Assembly: GCA_001662655.1 (NCBI GenBank)
Contig: KV460232.1
Origin: Pseudogymnoascus verrucosus
Taxonomy: Eukaryota
Direction: 5' to 3' (one strand)
Length of the DNA stretch: 64,000 nucleotides
The notes under the pieces are model-generated. The model saw only the letters and a program-made list of their open reading frames with translations. It did not search any database and was not told the DNA's origin. Made by a program: the position numbers and the translations under genes. Of the stretch, positions 37,686 through 49,580 are shown piece by piece (position 1 is the first letter of the stretch; each line of letters opens with the position of its first letter).

Positions 37686-39858
37686 CTACTCGTCCACCAC
37701 GGAAGCGAACTTCTCGTTCATATCCGAGATGAGTTTCTCGTACTTCGGCACAGTTAGTAAAAGCTCTTCAATGGGTGGGAAGGTGATGTTGTGATGACTT
37801 ACTTTTGCCACGATGACCTCCTCTCCATCGCTAGGGACCTCGAACTTCATGCTGCGCAGCTGAGACTGGAGATCGCTTGTTGCCTCACGGACCTTGTTCC
37901 AGCTCTGTCCCTGGGAAATCACCTTCTGTGCCTCGTCGTGGAAGCCCATCATAGCCTTCATCATCCACTCGGTCTTCCAGATAGGGCAGAACTGATCGTA
38001 GTCGGAGTATCCGTTTTGTTGGAGGAAATCTTCCTTCAGCAGCTGTGCAACATCAAGGGTGATTTTGTTGGTGTCAGACAAAGCAGATTTTCCAACAAGC
38101 TGAACCACCTGGTCCAATTCCTCGGAATCAGACAGTAGCGTCTTGATGCGGTCACGGAGGCGTGGGAAATCCGGGTAGTCCTTCTCGTAGTACTTGTCGA
38201 GAACAGTCGTGTATCTACTGTAACTGGCCGACGTGTTGATCGACGGGAAATGCTTCCTTTGAGCGAGCTTCTTGTCGAGACCCCAGAACACCTGGACAAT
38301 ACCAAGGGTGCTACTTGTGACTGGGTCGGTGAAATCTCCACCAGGTGGGCTGACGGCGCCAACGATGCTGACACTTCCCTCGCGGGCTGGGTTACCCAAT
38401 GCCTGCACCTTACCAGCACGCTCGTAGAAACTGGCCAGCTTGGCTCCCAGGTACGCAGGGAAACCTTGATCCGCGGGCATTTCACCCAGGCGACCAGAGA
38501 GCTCACGAAGGGCTTCGGCCCAACGGGATGTAGAATCAGCCATCATGGCAACGTCCTTGCCCTGGTCACGGAAGTACTCCGCGACGGTGATACCCGTATA
38601 AATCGAGGCCTCACGAGCAGCCACGGGCATGTTCGAGGTGTTGGCGATAAGAGTTGTACGCTTCATGATAGGCTCCTTGCGCCCGTTGATATCGATAGAG
38701 AGCTCCGGGAAATCCATCAAAACCTCAGCCATCTCATTACCACGCTCTCCGCATCCAACGTAGATAATGATGTCACTGTTCGAGAACTTGGAGACTGACT
38801 GCGAGATGACAGTCTTGCCGCAACCGAAGGCACCTGGGATAGCAACCGTTCCACCCTGAACACTGGGGAAGAGAGCATCGAGCACACGTTGCCCGACAAT
38901 GAATGGCTTATCGGCCGCCAGCTTCTCGGTTGTCGGACGAGGCACTCTGACGGGCCATGTGTGCATCATCATGTGCTCAGACTTCTTCCCGTTGAACTCT
39001 ATTTCCAAAATCTTGGCGTCCACCGTGTATTTCCCTGCCTCCGCAATGCGTGTAATGGTACCCCTCGCCCTCGGTGGCAAGAGAATCTTGTGGTCGTCCA
39101 GAAGTGAATTCTCATATACGGTTCCAAAAATGTCTCCTCCTGTGATGTGGTCTCCGACCTTCATGAGAGGCTTGAACTCCCAGAGCTTCTTCCTGTCCAG
39201 AGCCGGCGCTGAGATACCACGTGGGATATAAATGCTGTTCGACTGTTCGGCAATGGCCTTCAATGGGCGCTGGATACCGTCGTAAATCGTTTCCATCAAG
39301 CCAGGACCCAGCTCGACTGACAGTGGCTTTCCTGTTCGGATAGCTGGATCTCCAACAGTAACACCAGCTATATTTTATGGTCAGCCTCTCAACTACACCT
39401 CAATCATCATGGCCACGTACCGGTTTCTTCGTAGACTTGAATGGTCGCCCGGTCAGCTTCGATTCGAATGACCTCTCCTACCAGGTTGTCGTGGCCAACT
39501 TTAACCTATATGCAGACGCATCGTCAGTACCCTGCATCCCAATGTAATGTGCAACACTTACAAGTTCGTACATGGCGACTCCAATCATGTTCTCGGCAAC
39601 CACGACGGGGCTATGGACAGTTAATACCAGCAACAGTAACCCATTCTGCTAACGTACCCTGATACCGAGTAGATAGAGCCTTGAGATAGTCAGACACAAT
39701 GCGCTTTCAGTAATTGAACGGTATGACTTACCATACTGCTCTTCTGCCTCTACATCCTTAGCTCCCTCGGGCTTCTTCTCTGACTTCTTCTGTGTTCTTG
39801 GATCAGTATTTGTCCTGGATTATCTGCACCACCCTAACAAAATGCTTACAGGACCCAT
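37686..39858 (-). CDS. VMA1: V-type ATPase catalytic subunit A, no intein; complement(join(37686..37742,37803..39367,39421..39505,39562..39610,39658..39679,39732..39789,39850..39858))
   Basis: P-loop [33 protein letters not shown]. Six GT-AG introns traced in frame; the N-terminus reads [16 protein letters not shown]. Confidence 0.95.
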
Positions 39859-41409
39859 AGTGATGTCGGTGTGTGGAAGCGTAACAGGTTCGGGGAGAGG
39901 AGCTACCTCTTCTGGGATCGAGCTGGTGGATTGTGGCAGAGAGCGATGTCGTTGATGAGTTGGCGACGTTGGAAGAGGGATGGTGGAGGCTATCAGGTCG
40001 TGGAGTTCCTTGTGGAGTCTGGGGTTCACAACAGGGAAGCTATCAGCAGCAAGGTCGGGTCGGGGTGTAGTGGCAGCAGATGACTTGATAAGATCGTAGA
40101 AGGAAGGTCTTCCTCTCAACCGTGGCCTAGGAGTAAAGCCAACGTTGTGCATACGAAGTTATACAAGTTAAAGAGTTGGAGAAGCTTTCAATCGGCGTAT
40201 ACGCAAGGTACATGTTGAGGTCCAATAGCTATGGGGGTTGCCGATAGATAGCGTTATCGCTACAAGTAGTTCTTGAGGCTCCCGTAGAGCAACGAAACGT
40301 TATTAATACTCGAGTACGGTACGGATTCCGTAGCTGGTAAGAAACGCAGTCAGGCATCCATCCATCCATCTCATATGGAAATAATTCATTATTTTGAAAT
40401 TTAGTATAGGAAAAACTACTCACAAATGCCTATAGTATGTAATATTGCTTCTTTATTAAGCCGGGAATATATTACAAGCGTTCTGAGAGATATCATACAG
40501 CACATCTTCCCTTATTTCCTATGTTGCTGCATGTATGTCACCATAACTCTCTGCCTCTACTTACTACTGTACTGTAGTACTGCATGTCCAGTACCCCTCC
40601 GGCCAGCTGCACCTGAGAATTAATACTCTACCAGCATTTACGCCGATAGAAATTATTATTTCCACTGTATTTTTGGGTACCTATTCTAGACAATTATAAG
40701 TCCGGGTGATAAATAGCATTTATTTTACTTGCAGTTACTCTAAATAATCCCATTATGTGTAGTCCCTCTTCGGACTTTTGGTCGGCACGAGCGTAGTGTC
40801 TCCCAAGGTATCCCGTGGTCTCTCACCAAGCGCCGTGCAGTCGTGACCGTCGGTGGCTATCTTATCAAGCAACCCACCTGGCACATTCCTCGGACCGCTA
40901 CTCACAGCGGCCTCTTGCTCTTGGACTTGGACAAGAGATCATATACAAACACACACCCAAGAGTAGGAGCTCACGACTTGAACCGCGCGCTCATACGCTC
41001 ATACTCTCGGATTACCTGCGGCACTCCCGCCATAGTCGTCCTGGCAGACGACAACTCCCCAACGCCATTATTACCTCCCCCATCCACTTCCGACGACCCA
41101 ACCACTTCGACACCCTCTCAGCCAACTTCCAGCACAGAGTCCTCAGCCCAACCTTCAGATACAGCACGAAACCCGATCGTCGACAACAGAACATCCTCGA
41201 CTCCAAACTTGCTCTCGAGCGAGAACCCAGACCCTGTTCGTACGAACTCACCCCAACTGCCTCGTGGAACGCAAAGCAGCCGCCGTAGACGGCGAGAACC
41301 ATCCCCAGCCAACAACAGAGAAGCCCAGGACCACCGAAGCTTTGAGAGCTTAGGTCCGCCGGGTGAGACCACCAACGAGCCTCTTCCCAAACGCAGGCGC
41401 AGGGATCCT

Positions 41410-43479
41410 ATGATGCGACTTGAGGGAGATAGTAACAATACAAATGGCGGACCTAGATCCTTCACGAATGGCTCTACGGCGGAATCACCGGTGTCGAAAT
41501 CACTGAATGGGTTGACAAAGACCGTGCCGGCCATAAACGGGTCTACGACAAGTAATGGCCTTGCCGAGAAAGCTGTCACTCAAGAGTCCGCTTACTTCGG
41601 GCATGATCGCGAGGAAGTGTCGAGACTGTTGATACAGGCTCTTTCAGATCTGGGTTATAATGCCTCTGCTGAGAAACTGGTTCAAGAGAGCGGATACGAC
41701 CTCGAGAGCCCGACAGTGGCTGCCTTTCGGAATGCCGTTCTTCGAGGTGAATGGGCGGACGCGGAAGAGTTACTATTTGGTCATGCGACTCCGTCAGTGA
41801 CTGGCGGCACTGGTATAAGCAACGGGCTCGTACTTGCTGAAGGAGCAGACAGAGATGAGATGCGGTTCTGGCTCCGTCAACAGAAGTTTCTCGAGCTATT
41901 GGAAGCTCGGGATACCGGCAGGGCGTTGATGGTGTTGAGAACCGAGCTGACGCCGGTCTATCACAATGTCCACAAGCTCCACTTCCTCTCAAGTTTACTC
42001 ATGTGTCCCTCGGATGAGCTGATGTCAAAAGCTGAGTGGGATGGCGCTCATGGTCAATCCCGGCATATTCTTCTATCCGAGTTATCAAGTAAGTCAACCT
42101 GAAATGCAGTCCCTGTCCTACCCAAAAGCATTCATAGGGCTTGTTCGTGGCTAGGAGCAAAATGATAGAAATCCTGTGTGGATACAGATAGTCTACACTT
42201 CCAGTCGGCTACTTCAGCACAGCCTCTACGAATGATTTTTGTGTGTTTGGAACTAAACAGTAGCCTCGCTAACAGATCTGCAGAATGCCTTTCCCCATCC
42301 CTGATGGTGCCTGAACACCGACTTGCAGTCCTACTAGATCAAGTCAAGCAGTCCAGGATCGCCAACTGCCTGTATCATAACACAGAAATTTCGTCGTCGT
42401 TGTATTCAGACCATCGTTGTGATCGAGATAACTTCCCACTGGAGGTTGCGGCAGAGCTACACCAGCACAGCAGTGAAGTATGGTTCGTGGCTTTCTCACA
42501 TGATGGTACAAGGCTGGTTAGTTGTGGCGCCGAAGGAAAGGCTTTAATATGGGATATGCAATCGTTGCAAGTGGTGCATACCCTTCCCGATCATACGCAG
42601 GGCGTCTGCTTCGCATCATGGAGCCCGGATGATAAAATGATCATCACATGCTCAAAGGATAGGTATGCAAGGCTATGGGACACAGAGGTAAGTAATTCTA
42701 ATCTCTCCCCGTCGTTGAAGGTATCTAACTGAAGGCAAAAGACTGGCCAACTTCTACGGACAATCAGCCGCTTCGAGGAGCCCGTGAGCTCTTGTGCCTG
42801 GGCACCGGATGGAAAGTCGTTTATTACCGGCTGCCTCTACAAAGAACGAAATTTGTGTCAATGGAATCTGAACGGCGATCTCCTGTACGACTGGAACCGT
42901 CCTCACAGGATCGAAGCACTGGCACTGTCGCAAGATGGCAGTCTGTTGGTTGCTACGGACACCGAATGCCATCTCCATGTCTATAACTTTGTCTCCCGTG
43001 AGCTGGAGTACGAGATGGATCTGAAGGTCAAATTAACGTCGGTCAGTGTCAGCAGGGATTCGAAGCATGTCCTCATCAGTAAGGTTGACGGCGAAGCTCT
43101 CCTCTTCAGTGTTGAGGACAGGAAATCAATCAGGACATTCGCAGGACAGAAAGCGGGAAAATTCGTAATCCGGAGCGATTTTGGGGGTGCCGACGAGAGC
43201 TTTGTCATAAGTGGTAGCGAGGATGGCTACGTCTTCATCTGGCACAAGGAGAACGGTTCCATTGTGGAGAAGCTGGAGGCTCACCGGCCAGGGTGCTGCA
43301 ACAGCGTCTCATGGAACCCCAAGAACCCGCGGATGTTCGCAACCGCCGGCGACGATCAGAGTGTCCGAATGTAAGTTTTCCTTCTGCCAGTGACCAAGAC
43401 CCGCACTAATGTTCTCGGTACCAGATGGTGCAACCAATCCAACTCAGGCCCTCTACTCCAGAGGGGCCACCTCGGCTAA
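41410..43479 (+). CDS. GID7: LisH/CTLH + WD40 protein Gid7/WDR26 (GID/CTLH E3 complex); join(41410..42088,42284..42687,42742..43370,43425..43479); true start may be upstream (non-AUG)
   Basis: GHDREEVSRLLIQAL.DLGY (LisH), MRFWLRQQKFLELLE (CTLH), PEHRLAVLL, WD repeats, FVISGSED. Confidence 0.88.
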
Positions 43480-44095
43480 TAACACGGCGTCGCTCGGCGT
43501 CAGTGATTCGGTGTAAATGATGGACGGGTCAGTCACTGGGAGGGGGGGGCTTGGGCGTCAGTTGATATACTTGGCGATAGGGGTTCTGGGTTCTATGGGC
43601 TTGTATCAAGGGCATCTTGCACGGTGTTGGGAAGAGAAGATTGTGGTGCCTGTCGCTGGGTTTTTTTTAGCGCAGGTGAGTATTCATACCGGTAGCTAGA
43701 GCTAATAGAATCTCTTACTCTGGCCAATGTTTTCAGTGACTTGCGAATTGAAAGTCTGCCGCCAGATCAGAGTTGTTTAATTAATTTATTGTTTTGTGAA
43801 CTCGTGGAACGACATGGTTTGTGGGTTTTTCCAAGCCTCCAGGTGGCTATTATTCATGGTCCATTCTTCGGACTTCTGGGCAGGAGGGTGACCTTTGGCT
43901 GTATCTTGTTGGGTGAATTGGGAGGTGGTTCGCATACTTGGTGATACGGATTATGGTTTCTATAAATCTGCATGGGGGCCATCATGTAGGGTATTCAAAG
44001 AGAATATCAAGACGTTTGCATGGTATTAAAGATTCGAAAGTGATAATAATTCAAATTCTCAAATAGCTAAAGGGATTGTCGCCATTTGGCCTTGA

Positions 44096-45097
44096 TCAGT
44101 CCCAGTTGATCTCATCTGACCAAGGAATCGCCTCTTGTGCCCCTTGTCGTTGCACTGTCAGCTCCGAGGCTTTCGATGACTTCCGCACAGCTTCCTTCAG
44201 ATCCCAGCTCCCCTCCTTCTCAAGGGCCTTCACATACAAGGATCCATAGGCACCGACAAATGTGTCTCCAGCACAAGTGGTATCAACGACCTTGACTTTG
44301 TTTGCACGCAGCAAGCTTCCTTTCCCAATTGCACTCGAAGAATATGAGCCCTTTCCTCCCAGCGTGACGACAACGTTCTTCACACCCTTGTTCAGGAAGT
44401 CATCAGTGACGACGTCCCAGTCAAAGTTTTCGGCGTTAACACTGTCAACGCTTCGCCCGGAGATAATTGCGGCTTCCGTCTCATTCACAACCAAGTGCTC
44501 AAGTCCCACAAAGACTGTGTCAGGCAAAGGCACGGCTGGAGCAGGGTTCAGGAGAACGGCGACATTTGCGGCCTTGCAGAGCTCAATGATGGTGAGAACG
44601 GTGTCCAGCGGGATCTCCAGCTGCAAGATTACCAGATCCGGCTTGGGAGTTCCGAGGTCCTTAATATTGGTAAACTGTTCTGGTCTGAGGGTGTAGTTTG
44701 CTCCAGGATTAAATAATATCCTATTCTCTCCAGTCGCCTCCTCAACAAGAATGACGGCAACGCCCGTACTCTGCCCCTCCACTACTTTGATTCGAGTGAC
44801 ATCCAGGCCATCAGCTTTCATGCCTGCTGTGATCGAAGGGCCGAATGGGTCGGACCCAACGGCTCCAATAAACCTGACGTCGACATCGGATTGCAATGCC
44901 TCCGCGCTTGAAGAGTTCTTTGGATTGGACCGAGACGTTCGAGCGGCTGCAACACCCTGGTTTGCACCCTTTCCCCCAGCTCCAGTACCAAACGATTTGG
45001 ACGTAAGGGTTTCGCCGCCTTGAGGGACACGGTCAGTGACTGTCACCAGGTCAGCATTTATAGAGCCGATAACCGTTATTACGCGTTGGGGTGCCAT
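44096..45097 (-). CDS. RBK1: Ribokinase (PfkB family)
   Basis: GSINADL, GGKGANQGVAAAR, LQLEIP, NETEA, DTTCAGDTF. Confidence 0.92.
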   Translation of the reverse strand: MAPQRVITVIGSINADLVTVTDRVPQGGETLTSKSFGTGAGGKGANQGVAAARTSRSNPKNSSSAEALQSDVDVRFIGAVGSDPFGPSITAGMKADGLDVTRIKVVEGQSTGVAVILVEEATGENRILFNPGANYTLRPEQFTNIKDLGTPKPDLVILQLEIPLDTVLTIIELCKAANVAVLLNPAPAVPLPDTVFVGLEHLVVNETEAAIISGRSVDSVNAENFDWDVVTDDFLNKGVKNVVVTLGGKGSYSSSAIGKGSLLRANKVKVVDTTCAGDTFVGAYGSLYVKALEKEGSWDLKEAVRKSSKASELTVQRQGAQEAIPWSDEINWD

Positions 45098-45431
45098 TGT
45101 AAATTATATGATAATGATTGTCCAAGATAGTAAGAGGGGTTATGGCGGGGTGTTCCGATGAATCACGTGCTCAAGTTGCTAGGCCGACACGTGCCGTTAC
45201 CTTGCGGTGAGCTTCAGCCTCCTTGGCATATTATATTTGTACCTAACATCGCAGGCATAGTTCTCAGCCACAGCTGCGTAACGGGTCCACGCATTACCAT
45301 CCAGCGCCCACGCGCACTTTCTTCTATTTCACGATCTACCCAGTCTTCTCCTTCACCTACTATCACAATAATATTGTGACTGCTTTCTGGACACACCTTG
45401 CTCAGACAATATAACTATATCCACCGGCGCC

Positions 45432-47818
45432 ATGACGTCCAACCAGGGTGGCATCTCTGATCCGGGCCTCATTACGTTGGTGCCTCCTTGAGATAAACTT
45501 ACCCCTGCGGGCAGCATCGTTAACTGGTTTCACTAGGCTTGTCAACAAACTTCAAGATGTCTTCACAACAGTTGGTGTGCAGAATCCGATCGATCTGCCC
45601 CAGATCGTTGTAGTGGGCAGTCAGTCCAGCGGAAAGAGCTCCGTGTTAGAGAACATAGTCGGCCGCGACTTGTGAGATAACCCCTCTTTCACCAAGAAAC
45701 GATAACTGACAACAATATGCAGCTTACCTCGTGGCACTGGAATTGTTACTCGACGACCCCTCGTTCTCCAGCTGATAAACCGACAACCGCCTGAGACGAC
45801 GACAAATGGAGTAAAAGGGGAGGATGAGGTGTCGAACACAACCGATAAGGAGGCAAATGTGGACGAGTGGGGAGAGTTCTTGCACATTCCAGGACAGAAG
45901 TTCCACGACTTCAACAAGATCAGAGAGGAGATCGTCAAAGAGACAGAGGCAAAGACTGGGCGCAATGCCGGCATTTCACCCGCGCCCATCAACCTCCGCA
46001 TATACTCCCCAAACGTCCTCACCCTCACGCTTGTCGATCTGCCCGGTCTCACAAAGGTCCCAGTCGGTGATCAACCCAGGGACATCGAGCGTCAGATTAG
46101 GGAGATGGTTATCAAGCAAATCAGCAAGCCAAATGCGATCATCCTGGCTGTCACTGGTGCGAATACAGATTTGGCCAACTCCGACGGTCTCAAACTTGCA
46201 CGCGAAGTCGACCCCGAGGGACAACGGACGATTGGTGTCTTAACCAAGGTCGATCTGATGGACGACGGAACCGATGTTGTTGATATTTTGGCTGGGCGCA
46301 TTATCCCACTCCGACTGGGTTATGTTCCAGTTGTGAACAGAGGACAGCGCGATATCGATAACAAGAAGGCGATCACAGCTGCATTAGAAAACGAGAAGAA
46401 CTTCTTCGATAACCACAAAGCATACCGCAACAAGAGCTCTTACTGCGGAACCCCTTACTTGGCACGGAAGCTGAACCTCATCCTGATGATGCACATCAAG
46501 CAGACCCTCCCGGATATCAAGGCCCGCATTTCCGCCTCTTTACAGAAGTATTCTACTGAGCTTCAAGGGCTTGGGGATTCTATGCTTGGCAACAGCGCCA
46601 ATATTGTGTTGAACATCATTACGGAATTCACAAATGAGTGGCGTACGGTCCTGGACGGAAACAACACTGAGCTGTCCTCAGTAGAGCTTTCTGGTGGAGC
46701 GAGAATTAGCTTTGTTTTCCACGAGCTCTACGCAAATGGTGTCAAGGCGGTTGATCCCTTTGATCAGGTGAAGGATGTTGACATCAGAACCATTCTGTAC
46801 AACTCTTCCGGATCCTCGCCCGCTCTATTCGTCGGTACGACTGCCTTTGAGCTTATTGTCAAGCAGCAGATTAAGCGCCTGGAAGAGCCAAGTTTGAAGT
46901 GTGTTTCCCTGGTTTACGACGAGCTTGTTCGTATCCTATCTCAATTATTGGGGAAGCAGCTCTTCCGTCGTTATCCTCAACTGAAGGAGAAGTTCCACGC
47001 TGTTGTTATCGCATTTTTCAAGAAAGCTATGGATCCGGCCAATAAATTAGTCAGGGATTTGGTTTCCATGGAGGCTTGTTACGTTAATACCGGTCACCCA
47101 GACTTCTTGAATGGACACAGGGTAAGATGTTCTGATTCCTGACTGCCATGACGACATACTAATATTACATTACAGGCTATGGCAATCGTAAATGAAAGGC
47201 ATCACCAAGCAAAACCGGTTCAAGTCGACCCAAAGACCGGCAAGCCACTTACTGCAGCTCAAGCTGCTGCCGCCCCTCAAAGAGCCGCAAGCCCGTCGCT
47301 GGATGGCTCCACCGATGCTAACGGAGGCTTCTTTGGTAGCTTCTTTGCGTCGAAGAGCAACAAGAAGAAGGCGGCTGCGATGGAAGCTCCCCCACCATCC
47401 CTGAAAGCGTCTGGGACGTTGTCAGAGCGCGAGACCGTTGAAGTTGAAGTTATCAGTAGGTTTCCAACATAGTCCATGGCCATGGCGAGACAATCACTGA
47501 CGAGATACAGAATTGCTTATTAACTCATACTACAACATTGTGAAGCGCACAGTTATCGATATGGTTCCAAAGGCTATTATGCTGAACTTAGTCCAGTGAG
47601 TTTCCCTCGGTATATTCTGTGGAACCCTCGTGTTAACAAGCAAATCTAGATACACAAAGGATGAAATGCAGCGTGAGCTCCTTGAGAACATGTATCGCAC
47701 CGACACCTTGGATGAGCTTCTTAAGGAAAGCGATTACACCGTTCGTCGGAGAAAGGAGTGTCAACAGATGGTTGAATCCCTTTCTCGTGCGAATGAGATC
47801 GTTTCCCAGGTCGGATAA
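45432..47818 (+). CDS. VPS1: Dynamin-like GTPase Vps1; join(45432..45475,45537..45671,45723..47121,47176..47455,47511..47595,47650..47818)
   Basis: [29 protein letters not shown], and GED ([20 protein letters not shown]); five canonical introns. Confidence 0.95.
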
Positions 47819-49086
47819 ATCTCGTCACAGACACTACAATTTTCTTCGAGCTATAACGCGATGACGACAGATCGACAACCAGATATTAGGCAACCGTCGA
47901 ATAACGCAATCAACCGAGGCTGTTCAAATGCCACAGCGTCTGCCGTGCTACTGGTTGCCAACCATTAGATTTCATTACTTGTCAAGTCGATCTGAAATGA
48001 TAGCTCGCTGCGTTTCCCCGATACCCGCAATTCCGCAACGCGTAATGAGATAAGATGGCAGATGGCAGGAGTGGAATATGGGGCTGGAGGTCCATGCTTC
48101 ATTACTGGTGGTAATACGGGGCAGGTATGATGCGGGGCGTTGAATAGCCACTGCGAGGTTGCTCAGTTGCATTTTGTTGTTTCTTTTGCGAGTTTAAAGT
48201 ACATGCAGCGGGAAGTAGATAGACGAGTCAGTGTAGAATAGGCCTACCTAATTCATGATCCAGTTATCCTCTTGCGATCTGATGCGAGGCTGCGTTCCTG
48301 AGAACTGTTAGGTGATAATTCGAAGCACAGGTTATGACGACTCGCCCAGCATGCAACGCTACATTTACGCCTCACAGATCCCCAACGGTTTCCTACCTTA
48401 AACAGTCGCACAAAGTTCCTGTTTCTCCCGTGTTTGAACCGCTCAACCCCCCTACACCGGCTCAGAATCGCATCAGATAACAACAGATTCACCAACCTTT
48501 CATCTTTCGGATTTAAGAGCTTGGTTCACGTTGGTTTATACCGCCACGAATTTGACACGAGTGTCTTTGATTGGGGTAATTTCCTCCGAACACAGTTACC
48601 TCCGCAAACTCGCGGGCAGGCACATAATTTCGTCGTCAAGGCGCAGTATGACGTGTATATGGCAAAGCCAGAGAAAGCGCCGAAACAGCATGCCAAATCA
48701 TGAGCCTCGCGGTATCGAACGAAATCGGAGGCGGGCTGGTTTTGGGCAGGGCTGGCGTGAGGCTTGGTGATTTGTTGTCAACGTGTTCCGTGGGGGAAAT
48801 GGAGATCATGGGTTTGGGGGATGATTCGATTATGTTTGCGCGTACAAGGCGGCATGAATGTGTGCTATTTGCTGGATGCTCCAATATTGTTCCTCACGGA
48901 GAATGTGGTATATAAAGAGGAAGCTTGAACGGATATTTCGAGATAAGTTAACAAAAGACTGATAGAAGCTGCTCAGAATCACTCTCACACAACAAAAAAA
49001 CTTCATTTGGCTTTTTTTCTCACCGAGCAGAATCGCCTTCCAAGTTCCCCAAAATCATTACATCAAGAGACAAGGAGCGACATCAT

Positions 49087-49377
49087 ATGGCAAGCGCTAA
49101 TGAGGAGCCTCTATTTTCAAGAAACCTCACCTCGATCGGACGAGAGTGTCCAATGGCTGCACGGAAGTTAGGGACTATGTTCTCAGACCTCAATGTATCC
49201 TCAGAAGTCGATAGATCAAGAAGTGATTCACCATCTCCTCCCCCGGGACCGCCACCAAGCCCGGCACTGAGACCAAGAGCTGGACTTACAGGTAGCAAGC
49301 CAGATTCAAATAAAAGTATTCAGGCAATACCATATGCTAACAAACAGTCAAGTGCAGATTTGATGGGTGGAACTTGA
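49087..49377 (+). CDS. Possible small orphan protein (Ser/Pro-rich)
   Basis: ATG-initiated 96-codon ORF with a possible in-frame intron near its end (gtagca...gctaac...tgcag). No recognisable motif. Confidence 0.25.
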   Translation: MASANEEPLFSRNLTSIGRECPMAARKLGTMFSDLNVSSEVDRSRSDSPSPPPGPPPSPALRPRAGLTGSKPDSNKSIQAIPYANKQSSADLMGGT

Positions 49378-49580
49378 GTTTCTTGCCAGGGTGCATGCCT
49401 GCTCAATAGTTTGATCGGCAGCAAGAATGAGCATTAAAGGCATCGGGGGCATAGTGTTGTTACCACAATCGGTGGGGATAATGGAATTGGCTTAGACGGG
49501 AGATGCGCAAGCTGTGTACCATTCAGTCATGACTCGGGAGCTTTTAGTACATGGTTGATAGTTGCTGCAAAATTAACTGT

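Noticed and set aside
38730..38770. VMA1 intein insertion site
   Set aside because: The sequence reads [11 protein letters not shown] without interruption, so it is an empty allele.
40300..40760. AT/TA-rich spacer suggesting a RIP-degraded transposon (similar patches at ~2030-2100 and ~20170-20440)
   Set aside because: No terminal repeats or transposase remnants and no second copy in the window; compatible with ordinary intergenic DNA.
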